A DNA stretch of 64,000 nucleotides, from the NCBI RefSeq assembly GCF_009914755.1, contig NC_060930.1; one strand, written 5' to 3'. The stretch is from the human T2T-CHM13v2.0 reference genome, Homo sapiens. The notes beneath the pieces are model-generated. The model was not told the origin of the DNA. It did not search any database and was given only the letters and a program-made list of their open reading frames with translations. Of the stretch, positions 36,033 to 48,704 are shown piece by piece; position 1 is the stretch's first letter, and each line of letters opens with the position of its first letter. The position numbers were made by a program, and so were the translations under genes.

Positions 36033-38605
36033 GTAAGACATTTATTTGTTTACCAGGAAAAAAGGGGTGTTGAGAGAGCTAAATGTAGCTTAAAAATGAG
36101 GGCATTTGCATGATTGAGGGATTGTGTAGAGGTGATTTTGAAGATGGAAGACTTGTGCACTGAAGAAAATGAGAAAAATGAGAAGAAATGAAAAGAATAA
36201 AATCAATGATGGGAAAAGTTGAACATATAAAGATTAAAGGAGAAAAACAAAGAAGCCGTCATGTAAAAATAGTATTTGTTGGGCTTATTTTTCTAAAAAG
36301 CAGTGCACGTTCTTAATGAAATTATGAAGGAAGAAAGGCAGTTCTCTGAAAGAAGTTTATCCAATTATCAATAAGAGAATAATGTTTTCTTCTGGGTTTA
36401 ATTAAGGAGAGTTATGTTTGTCTTCATTTAACTTCTAGGAAAAGCAGTCTCCCTGATTCATGTCCTCCCTCAGTCCTGCATGGAGAGGGGTTTGGGTCTA
36501 CAGTGTAGTGGTAGCCACCTTCTCATGCTGTGAAGAGGGAGTAATACCAGTTTGCTTTTTCCCTGAAATACAGATGAATATAACTTCAGTCCTGATTACT
36601 TTTGCCTTATAATGCTGGATTTATTGTAAAAAAGAGAGGGAAGCTCCCCAGGAAAAAAGAGAAAGCATTAAGAAAGCTCAGGAAATTGATTAACTGATAC
36701 AGATAATCTGATTTTTACTGTCCTTTCGCTCTACTGTGTCTGTTTCTCTATAAAAGCCAGCAGTAAAAAACTTTAAAAACCTTCAGTGATGGGAAGAGGC
36801 AAAGCAGTAGGTCCTAACAGTAAAGAGGGAAACTAGCCCTTGGGGCTTATATGAAAAAAAAAAAAAAAAAAGGAAGTTACTAGGGAAATCCCTGGAGGTT
36901 TATGCAAGTAGATTCCCCTGGACTCCTACAGCCATTAGAATCTGGTCCACTCAGCCCTTCCCCAACCTCAAGCCACTAAGATATCACCAGAACATGGGCC
37001 CTGAAGTAGTTTCCAAATTTTGCTGCCAGAAGTGTCTAAATGGGTGGCCAAACAAATAGGGGCATTCCCTACTGAAATAGGGCTCCTAATGGAGTAATAC
37101 CATTGCACATCTTCAGCCTAGGATATTAAGTATTCTATTTAATAATAGACAGTACATCTTTATATAAAAACTTCTCTCAATGTGAGATTATGTTTAATGA
37201 TCTCGATTACAAGGGATAATGCCATGATTACAGGAAAAGAGCAGAGTTAAGAATCAGCTTCTAATTTGAAATTATTTCAGGGTTGAAATTATTTCAGGGT
37301 TGCACATTGATTCCTGCCTTGGATACAGGTATATAAAGGATTTTTAGTCTAATGAACAAGAATGTGTGAGAGTCAGTGTGAAATAAACTTTGTATTGTCT
37401 TCAGAACTTCATAAGTTGTTTAAAAGTTAAAAATTACTTAAAACATCATTATTACCAAAAGTTTAATGATAAAACAATAAGTACAAATTACCCAGTGGCA
37501 ACGTGCAATAGTTTTTAAAAGTGGGTATGTGTAAAACTCCTCCATCCTCACCTTCAAGTTTGGTATTTGTGTGAGAGTGTGTGTATGTGCGCGTGCACAC
37601 ACGTGCAGGACGTTTTGTAGCTCCGGCTGCCACAGTGAGTAAGAAGGTAACAACTGAAAGGATTGTTGATCATCATTAGGTGCCAGGCTAAGTCTAGAAA
37701 ACATTAATTAACAAACTAGCCAGTTGACAGCATTATGTATGCTTGGCAACTGCACTGCAGAAAAAGCAGATGGTGAAATTAATCTCAAGTGGGGAATGGA
37801 CAGTTTGGATTAGGTAAAAGAAGAAAGGGGTAGACAAGGTAATCTAGAAAGCTAATTAGAGTGCAGTTGAAGGTATTTTTGTGGGGGTCAAGCTAGGTAG
37901 AGAAGGTGAAGAAAGTTTTGCTTATTAATCAAGTATGTGGAAAGTTGGGTTTCTTTGTTGCAGGACTTCTTACAGGCTTTAATATGCCAAATTCAGTTTT
38001 GAGTTCCAATAGGGAGATTATGCTACATTTCACTAACTTGTTTGACTCTAGGATGGAAGCATTTTTGACATCTCCTGGGATGCTGATGTTAGGCAGAACA
38101 TTTTGTGTTTGCAAGTTCCTGCAGAACAGAGATTCTTTCACAGTTGTATTTCAGAATATAGCACTTAGGGGCTCAATGAATGCTTATTAAATTGAAATGA
38201 ATTATAAATTATGAAGGCTTTTTAAAGCATTTGTTGGAGCCAACCAATTACATAGGCTTTTATTTTCTATTGGAAAAAGCATGAACCTTTCATGCAGATG
38301 ATTTATAAAATCACTTTGGGAAGACAGTCTTTTGGAACTTCAGAACTTCCTGGTACTTTGTTGCTTTATTGTCATAACCATTTATGTCAAAGCCAAAATA
38401 GCAGATAAAGTTTTATCTGAAGATGATCTGACCTTTTTAGAAAATACAATTATTTCTGAAATTGAAATGTTATTCTTTAAAAGGTTTTTATATCTCTGCA
38501 TTTCAACCCAGTAATAGTACTACTAGTAGTAGTGGTAAGTGGATGGGTTTACTCAAGATATTTCCAGTCATATTTTTTTCTTACACATATTTGAAAGTAT
38601 TACTA

Positions 38606-38700
38606 TTTTTATTTATTTTCAACTTTTATTTTAAGTTCAAGGGTACATGTGCAGGATGTGCAGGTTTGTTACATAGGTGCATGCCATGGTGGTTTGCTGC
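38606..38700 (-). mobile_element. Very short L1PA 3' end
   Basis: TTTTAAGTTCAAGGGTACATGTGCAGGATGTGCAGGTTTGTTACATAGGT. Confidence 0.8.
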
Positions 38701-39627
38701 TCTCTAGTCATTTTTTTTAAATGTATTTCTTGATCATTTATTTTACACTTGGGAGAACATGTTTAATCAATATTTTCATGTAATTCCGATCTGGGAAGTA
38801 AAGCATCTGTTATTAAGGAAAAATAATTGACTGCATCCCAGGACAATATGTTTCAGCTGATAAACGAGCTGCACCATTGCTATAAAGTAAAGCGATATTG
38901 TTATGAAATATTTACTTAAGAAATGTAAGTACTATACATAAGAGCTTTTTAGATAAGATTTACTTTTCTATACATTTTTAAATTATAAGATGGAGCAACT
39001 GCCGTATACCCACAATAATAGTGGAAGCTTCCTCTTGCATCTCCTTTGGGAGTAGAGGGCTGTCTATGATTAGAAGCATCAGATCCTAAGCCATGAAACC
39101 CAGAATCAGGGTTCAAGGTCAGTGACTTTATATGGAGCAGTTAAGTGAGTAGCTACTAAGTCAACGAGCTTTTCAAAATTAATGTAGTTGTTTTCTACAC
39201 TATTTGATAAAAAGGAAAATGTTTGCACATTTAAGGAATTTTAGACATTGGTACTAAAATATTTCCTCTCCTTTATCCTTTCCTTCATGAAAGTCAGAAA
39301 CATTATTATTTCATATTTAGAAATCTTATGGGTAACATCTTCATGTTCATGTATAACTTCCAATTCCATCATGTGCTTCCAGTAGGATATGCAACTCTCA
39401 TGGTTCATTCTTTCTCCATTTCCTTTAGTTGACCTATGTTTTATTTTGAAATCAATTTCTTGATTTTATTTTTTTATTCTGAAATCATTTGAACATAAAT
39501 TTAAGTTGTGATATATTTATGTATTGGTTTTTGGTTGAGTTTCTGTTTTGTTTTTTGCCTTTCCTCCATTTTGTTTTTGGTTTTATTTTTAACATTCCAT
39601 GTGCACCCACCATTTCTCCCCCAACAG

Positions 39628-40670
39628 TGACCTACCTCAGGATCTTTGTCCTCTGTACAGGCCTGGAGAATGGGAAGACCTGGCTTCAGAAAAGGATATC
39701 AACCCATTCAGTAAGTTCAAATCTATCAACAAGGAAAAACGACAGCAGAATGGAGAGAAAATTATGACTTCGGATTCCAGACCAATAGTACCTTTGGAGA
39801 AGTCCACAGGACATACACCTACAAAGCCCTCAGGCAGCTCTGTGTCAGAGAAATTAAAGAAACTGGACTCCTCTAGGGAGACATCCCATGGTTCTCCCAC
39901 AGTGACTAAGCTCAGCAAGGAACCTTCCGACACTTCTTCTGCATTTGAATCTACAGCCAAAGAAAACTTTCTAGGGGAAGATGATGATTTTGTTGACTTG
40001 GAAGAACTTTCTTCTCAAACTGGTGGTGGAATGCACAAAAAAGACACCTTGAAGGAGTGCCTTTCTCTTGACCCAGAGGAACGAAAGAAAGCTGAGTCAC
40101 AAATAAACAATTCTGCCGTGGAAATGCAGGTGCAGTCAGCCCTAGCCTTTTTGGGAACAGAGAATGATGTTGAACTGAAGGGGGCGCTAGATTTAGAAAC
40201 CTGTGAGAAGCAAGATATAATGCCAGAAGTGGACAAGCAGTCTGGTTCGCCAGAAAGCCGAGTAGAAAACACACTGAACATACATGAAGATTTAGATAAA
40301 GTTAAACTCATTGAATATTACCTGACTAAGAACAAAGAAGGGCCACAGGTATCTGAAAATTTGCAGAAAACAGAATTAAGTGATGGAAAAAGTATTGAAC
40401 CAGGGGGAATAGACATTACCCTTAGTAGTTCTCTTTCCCAGGCGGGTGATCCCATAACTGAGGGCAATAAAGAGCCAGATAAGACCTGGGTGAAAAAGGG
40501 AGAGCCCCTCCCGGTAAAACTGAACTCTTCTACAGAAGCAAATGTGATTAAAGAGGCTCTAGACTCCTCTTTGGAATCTACTCTGGACAACAGCTGTCAA
40601 GGTGCACAAATGGATAATAAATCTGAAGTTCAGTTGTGGCTGTTAAAGAGAATTCAGGTACCCATTGAAG
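39628..40670 (+). CDS. NCOA7: NCOA7 large central exon (DLPQDL...RIQVPIE), acidic and probably disordered
   Basis: AACAG acceptor; AAG|GTAAGC donor; 1043 nt, phase 2 to 1; core of the 421-aa ORF in the track. Confidence 0.97.
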
Positions 40671-41330
40671 GTAAGCTGTTTTTCTTTAATGCCTTTATAT
40701 TCTGTTGCATAATTGCCTTTCTACAATTTGCACATGTAATACCCACATTAGTACATTTATTTGAAAACAGTATTTTCTCAATAGAGTGTATCTTTGCTGA
40801 TAGCATTAACAATTGGGGAGAAAATTTACAAGATATGGTATCTATTTTGGAACTTGAACTGTGACATAGATCTCTAGATACCTACTTCAAAAGTCGTTTA
40901 CTTTTAATCTTTCAAGTTACTTTCCTTTTTTACCTTTATTTTCTAAATCTAGAGGAGTTTAAACTGTTTTTGAAGAAATCTCAATTCTAAACTGAATTGC
41001 ATTATGTTATATTGTGTTCTCAGTAGCATTCATTAATATGTATTCCTGTGAATTGTCCCAATTCTCTATTATTTGCTATTCTATTGGTTTTTAAACTTAT
41101 TTTCAGTATGTAGCAGCTCATGGGATGTAGTTCAACCTGAAACAACCAAAGCTTTTTCCTTGTGTGCTAAAGAAGGCTTGAAAAATTTATTAGTCCTGAT
41201 ACGATGTTGTAGGATGTTTCTGCAATGTTTTGACTAAGAGAGGATTGTGCACTATTTTTTTTAAGTTGAAAAATTCTGCTATTACCAATATTGTCAATAT
41301 TGAGGAACAGTTTTTTCGTGTGTGATTCAG

Positions 41331-41499
41331 ATATACTTCCTTCAAAAGAAGAAAAAAGCAAGACCCCACCCATGTTCCTGTGCATCAAAGTGGGAAAACC
41401 AATGAGAAAATCCTTTGCCACTCACACTGCAGCCATGGTCCAGCAGTACGGCAAACGGAGAAAGCAGCCAGAGTACTGGTTTGCTGTTCCTCGGGAGAG
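41331..41499 (+). CDS. NCOA7: NCOA7 exon (DILPSKEEK...QPEYWFAVPRER)
   Basis: TTCAG acceptor; GAG|GTGAGT donor; 169 nt, phase 1 to 2; PEYWFAVP is an OXR1-family motif. The next exon was not found in the window. Confidence 0.96.
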
Positions 41500-43112
41500 G
41501 TGAGTATGGGCTACAATGGAAAGTCTGTGGGTCTGTTAGGTTTGGATGGCGTTTTGATATTCTTTATCTTAAAATACTTAATTTTATTCTTGAATAAGAG
41601 CTTTATCTGAATTGTAGATTTTAGAATTCTAGAAGGATATTATTTAAAGGGACTTTCTGCTAAATGGTGGTTTTAATATAACAAATATGGAGTCATCATA
41701 GGTACTATGTCCTGAACTGCTTTCATAACTTTCTACCTAGTTGATTTTTAAATGAAAGAAGAATTTGATGTTCTCAAGTACCAGTAATTAGAAGTGCTCT
41801 TTCATTGAGGATAAAGGAATACTATGGAGCAGATCCAAACACCTCTTAAGTGCAAGAAAGAGGCAGGATTATAATTTTCAAAGTGCTTATAATTCTAGGG
41901 AATGAAAGATTTATTGTCCTTATGGAGGGAGCATCTGTAGCTCAGCAGCATAAGAAATGTGATCCCCTGGATAGTCTCAAGGGTTGTATACTCCTATAAA
42001 AAATTATATTTTCAATTCACCAAAGAAGATACCTTCTTGGTTATGTGGCAGTCTAGGATAGGAGGGATAGTGGCATAGAAATTCTTCAACAGTATATCAC
42101 TGAGGATGTCTTTATAATAAAAATAATTAGGGAATATTCTTTTTAGAAAACAATTAATTGCTTTTATTTCATATATGTGGTAGAATAAAAATGTCTTATA
42201 AAGTCCTTGCACTTAGTTTTCAACACTGTTAAAACCATGCATCTTGCCCCTTAAAAACATCATCATCTAGCCAGATATTCTGGCTAACACACCTGCCAAG
42301 AGCAAATACACTCAGCAAGCTTCCATAGCATGATTTCTCAGTAAACAAAATTAAATTCTAAGCAAGAGTGCACCTTCTGGCTGACTACTACCTAGAATGA
42401 TCATTCTTATTGGGAGAGTTGTCTCATTTTAATAAATTATAGTTTAATGTGAAAAATAATAGGCTTTTTATTAATGAATTTGCTAATAGCTTTTACCTGC
42501 CTTAGACACAAACCCACATTAACCCAGGCATTAAACATAACTTGTTTTGCATTTATGTAATATACTCCATCACCTGTGCCTGCAGCCCCCACAGCATCTC
42601 CTGGAAATTTAGGGATATTGAGGAGAATGAGGAGAAAATGTGTCTCTTTTGTTATCATTTTAAAATATTTCAACAGAAGCAGTGCAGATTTCTGAAGCTC
42701 TGTTAAAATTGGAGTCCTAGAATTAGAATTTTACAGCTGAATAATATCTAAGAGATTTAGGCCCATTCTTGATTTTCTAGGTGAGGAAAACAAAGCGCTG
42801 AAACTTTCAGTTACATTGTGGGTTGTGTAAACTTGATCATCTATCAGAAAAACTACCTATCATATATATCACTTTTTCTCTGGGAAAATGTATTCTTTAT
42901 AATATAAGACAATTGTGTTTTTTTCAATTGTGTTATCTTTGCTGCAACTGTCTGCACCAAGGACTCTCGTAGAATAATTGAAGCAATCCCACACATGTAA
43001 TTATTTTACTGTCATTTTTAACCCAGAAGAAATCTTTAATGGTAAAATAGTACTTCTCTTTCACTTCTTATACCACTTCAAGTGGTTTTTGTGAGCTTTT
43101 AAAAGCAGGTCA

Positions 43113-43392
<280 letters not shown>

Positions 43393-44794
43393 GCAGGTCA
43401 CTTGTGGGATTCTGTTATATTGTATTTTATAGTGTCCATTACTTGTTTACCTTCGGGTAGCAAATAACCTGGAATACTTAGTTTTCTTTCTTGAACTAAT
43501 TATGAATCAACCAAAGATTTTCTTGGAAGTGTTATATTACACTGCGTTAATGACAATAGTTTTTTTGTGTAGATGTTAGGAATTTTTTTGTGGTAATTAC
43601 TGCTTCATGTGTTTCCATGTCTACCTCCCCTGAAGGGACCTACATTTTAGTTTAAGTAGGGGGAAGATGAAGCAGTCCCATGGTTAATTCTCATCCAGAC
43701 CTCCACAGTAAGAAATATTTATTTTTGTTTCTAATCCATGAAATTCTTCAGGACTTAAGGCTCAACAGAAGTCCTTAAGGGGGAGCTAAGAAGTGGCATG
43801 TACAGCTTTTCTCACTTCAGTTATAATTTCTGGATTCCCTTGCTGCAGCAAACTGGATGTTTCTACTTGCCTTTCTGTTTAATGGATCCATGCATCCACT
43901 GGAGTTTCAGTTGCAGAGTGAAGCCACCCTAGGAGTGGCTCCCTTCCCCTTCGTGGGTTACAGTGTCCTTTTCATAGACCTTATAGATGTGACAACTTGT
44001 TCTATTTAGGCAAGTCTCTTTGACTTATCCACTATGTTAAAAATTAAAACTCCTTGTCACAGGATAATTAAATTTCGATGGTGAACTTCACAAACATATG
44101 TTTCACTGTTCTCTCTATTGTTCCTAATACTTTTTAAAAATGTTTACTTTTTCCTTTATTATTATTACTACTAAAAAGTTAACTGTACCAAATCTCTCCT
44201 TCTTTATTTACAATGTACCCTATGGGTTTCCCAACTCCATCACTGAATGAATAATCTACCAAGTAAGACCATGGAGAGGGCGGGGCTGTGGGGGGGCCAG
44301 AGGGTGGTAGTAAGGACAGCAACGATGGAAACCTTGCATAGTCTCCGTTAATCTCCTTTGTTTTGGGTAGGTGTTTTTTTCTGTGGCAATTCTTACTAAG
44401 TTTTAGATACTAGAAATTAGAGATGTGAAGTAGTTAAAAACTGCCTAAATACGTAATAGTTTTATTTACCTTGGTAGAAGTTGTCAGATCTAAGACCTCC
44501 ATGAATCCAGGAAAGCCAGCAGTTTCTTCTTGCACACCTGTACACTACGACTTGAAACATACTCAGGTTCACTGAGAATTAAATACTCGTCAACCTTATG
44601 TCCTCCCTGTCTCCAGTGCAGCTTGCAAAATCAGGTCATTCTCTTGAGACAGCTGAAGATAATAGTGGTGTGCTGGGGAGATCTGCAGTTTCCACAACTC
44701 TACTTATAAACCTGGGAGGTGCTGGCTCCTCCTGCTTTCACTCTTGGTGCTAGTTTAAACATAAGGACAATGTTCCACCATATTTTAATCATCT

Positions 44795-45012
44795 AGTACA
44801 AAATTTCTCAACCTTAACACTATTGACATTTTGGACTACGTAGTTTGTTGTTGGAGGGGGTGGGTGGGGGTGAATTGTATGTTTAGCAACCTCCATGGCC
44901 TCTTCCCACTATCTGCTAATAGCATCTCCCCAGTTGTGGTAAACCAAAGTATCTCCAGACATTGCCAAAATGTCCTCTGGAGGACAAAATCACTTCACAT
45001 TGAGAACCACTG
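44795..45012 (+). mobile_element. MER20-like hAT DNA transposon
   Basis: TTTCTCAACCTTAACACTATTGACATTTTGGAC...CTCCAGACATTGCCAAA...TTGAGAACCACTG. Confidence 0.82.
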
Positions 45013-46222
45013 GTCGCGTACTAGACTCGGGCCTCTGTACCATTCTGAAAGTGGGGTTGAAAGCCACAATAGCTAAATAATTTAGAGATTTCACTACTGT
45101 CCCCTTCCCTAGAAGAGGTGTGGAGTCTTGGGCTGAAATAATGAGCCCCAGAACCAGGCAGATGTGAATGGGAATCCCCAGAAGTATGGGCCTTTGAATG
45201 AGATACTTTATCTCCTTGTACCATAATTTCTTAATTTAAAAAATAGATCAATAAGGACAACGTGAAGTTTAAAGTTCAATGCAGAGGATACCTTACACAT
45301 TCATCATCACAGACAAGGAGAAGGCAGAAAAGCTAAAGCAGTCCTTGACCCCTGGTTTGGCAGTGAAGGAGCTGAAATGAACCAGACACACTGATTTGGA
45401 CTGTATTAACCGATTTCCCATTTGCACCAAGAATACTGTGCTGGCAGCAAGCTGTACTTTTTTTTTTTTTTCCTAAATGGGAAATGGGTTAAAATATTTA
45501 AAAATTTAAAAATGTAGATGATTGTAAGCATTAAGTAATTAGATCATATTTGAACAAATAATTATTTGGTGCATACTTCCTGGCAGGCACTTATTTACCT
45601 AGTTTTAAGTAAATAAGACTGGGACCCTATCCTGAGAACCTTATGAAAAGTGATTGAAGATACTTCTTAACACTTTGTAGAGATATAATATTCCGTGAAT
45701 TTGGATACTGTTTTATATTTTAAAAACCTCAATTGTCTTTTTCCCCCCTTCCCTTTCTTAATGCTGACAGATTGTCCTTGATTAGAAAGAACCAATAATT
45801 CTTCTCTAAAGTAAAACTTTTCTCTTTTTTCCAATTATTTATAGCCTTTTAATCTCTGAAATGTTTTATAATAATTCTATATTATCCAGCTTTTAAAATA
45901 AATAAGATGGAAATAGTGTTAAGTAGCAGGAATTATGTAGAGTTTGTCAAGCCATGCATAAATGTTTAATCCAAACTTTTTAAGTTGGTTAGTGTGATTT
46001 GTATAATAAGTAAACTAATAAGAAAGCGAAGGGAGAGAAGGAGAAGGAAAGCTCATGGGGTTTAAATTTTTATTTTTGTTTAACTTGAAAAAAAATTATG
46101 CTGAGATAACTTTAGTAACACTTGAACATACAGATAAGCCAAAAGGAGATGGGGAAAAAATCTATTTTGCAATTGGCTTTTTTCCCACTTAATATCCTGT
46201 GTACATTTTCCACATCATGTGC

Positions 46223-46625
46223 TGCGTTAGGCCATTCTTGGGTTGCTATAAAGAAATACCTGTGACTGGTTAATTGACGAGAAACAAAGGTTTAACTGGC
46301 ACACAGTTCTGCAGGCTGTGCAGGAAGCATAGTGCTGGCCATCTCTGCTTCTGTTGAGGCCTCAGGAAGCTTACAACACCAAGGCAGAAGACAAAGACAG
46401 TGCAGGCTTCTCACATGGCAGGAGTGGAAAAGAGAGAGAGTGGGCGGAGTTGCTACACACTTTTAAGCACCCAGATCTCGGGAGAACCCACTACAGCAAG
46501 GACAGCACCAAGCAATGAGGGATCTGCCCCCACGACCCAAACACCTCCCACCAACCCTCACCTCCAACACTGGGGATTACATTTCGACATGAGATATGGC
46601 AGGGTCACAGATCTCAACCATATCA
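46223..46625 (-). mobile_element. MaLR solo LTR (MSTA/B-like)
   Basis: TG...CA ends; CTATAAAGAAATACCTG; CAGGAAGCTTACAA; TSD TGTGC/TATGC. Confidence 0.85.
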
Positions 46626-46641
46626 TATGCTATGTTAGTTC

Positions 46642-46648
46642 ATATATG

Positions 46649-46679
<31 letters not shown>

Positions 46680-46768
46680 CTGTGTGTGTATATATATATA
46701 AAATATATATATATTATATAATACATATATATACATAATACATATACATAATACATATATATATATAA
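46642..46768. repeat. (TG)n/(TA)n compound microsatellite
   Basis: Read directly from the sequence. Confidence 0.92.
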
Positions 46769-47197
46769 TGCAGTTAGCACACCATTATGTTTTCTGATTG
46801 ATTTAATCATGTACTTACTTTGGATATTAGGTTCTTTTGAATTTTTGGCCATTATAAGCAATGTTACATTAAAAGTATCTGTAAAATCCTTCAGGGAGTC
46901 TTATGAAATCCAAGAATATGTTTAAGGCTTTAAATACATGTTGCACATGAAAGTGTGTGACCATATATACACCCACCAGCATAAGAGTATCCTTTTCTCC
47001 AGATGCTTGGAACACTGAGTGTTATGATTCTTTATATCTAAGTCAGTAGATGAATAAAGAAACAAATGTAGCTATAAAATGTTTTATTTTAAAGGTGAGT
47101 GAGCACTTTTTATATAACATCTGTTTGATATAAGGTAAGGCCAATTGAGGCCGGAGAGTTTTGGTTCTGTGTGATTCCTTTAATAAATAGATTTTAT

Positions 47198-47498
47198 GGC
47201 TGGGCGTGGTACGTCATGCCTGTAATCCCAGCACTTTTGGGAGGCCAAGGTGGACAGATTGCTTGAGCTCAGCAGTTCAAGACAAGCCTGGGCAACATGG
47301 TGAAATCACATCTCTACAAAAAAATACAAAAATTAGCTGGATGGTGGCACACACCTGTAGTTCCCAGCTACTCAAGAGGCTGAAGTGGGAAGATCACTTG
47401 AGCCCGAGATGCTGAGGCTGCAGTGAGCTAAAATCACGCCTCCGCACTCCAACCTTGACAAAAGAGCAAGACCCTGTCTCCAAAAATAAAAATAAAAA
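47198..47498 (+). mobile_element. AluJ-like
   Basis: Diverged sense dimer. Confidence 0.88.
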
Positions 47499-48344
47499 GA
47501 TTATTTATACCTTAATATAAAAATGTATAATACATTTATTTGTTAAAAAGTATTCTAAAGTGCTGTTTCTCTAATTGGCTTCTATTTAGGATCAGCAAAC
47601 TCATTTATACTCAATAGACAGTTATGTTTTGTGTTTGCACACGTATTTAGGATAAACTCATTATGTATAAGTTAAATTGATTCTGTTTTAGAAAGCATGA
47701 TAAGTTATTACATAATGTCAAGCATAATTCAAAGTCTCACTATCTCATTATAATATTTGGGATTTTTGTGCTTTCACAATAAAAATGAGTAACGTATACA
47801 TGCGCACACAGGTATCTGTCAGTTTAAAAGGTATAATCTATGTTGCGTGTATATACCTGATAGTCCAATTTGAGACTAACAGTAGTATTTCCTGTAGTAT
47901 AGTTCATCACCCAGAGTTCTCCATGGTTGCCTGGACCAAAGAGTAGAACCAAGAGCTCAAGGCCCCTTTTTAAGAAATGGTACCTTTTCTTTAAGTCAAC
48001 ATTTCCCCCAGGATATTCAATGGAAAGCTAGTCCCATGAACAAGCAATGGGTTAGAAAATAGATGTTTCATAGTTAAATATGTTTCATACTTAGTTCTTA
48101 GCTCTGTGTAGAGCAGAGCCTTAAGCTCATAGTTTTTATTCCCTAAATAGGCTTCTTTAAGGATTTCTTAGTTTTATTTTCTATTCTCTATTATTTTTCC
48201 TGGAATTGGCATAATAGCACACAGTTAATTTTTACTTTATCTCTAATCACATTTTGATTTTATGAGATTACTTTCATATCAATATATATTTAAAGACATG
48301 TTAGTTCAATCTCTCTGTTGGCTTTAAATTCTTTACTATAGTAA

Positions 48345-48704
<360 letters not shown>

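Noticed and set aside
36033-36201. Stop right after the donor plus AATAAA at 36196, suggesting intronic polyadenylation
   Set aside because: Stops inside GTAA/GTGA donors are common, and the hexamer sits in A-rich sequence with no clear GU-rich element.
37266-37302. 17-bp tandem doublet (similar doublets near 1605-1640 and 3526-3555)
   Set aside because: Ordinary slippage duplications; two copies with no spacers, so not CRISPR-like.
39637-40590. Antisense ORFs over the large exon
   Set aside because: Shadow ORFs of the NCOA7 coding strand.
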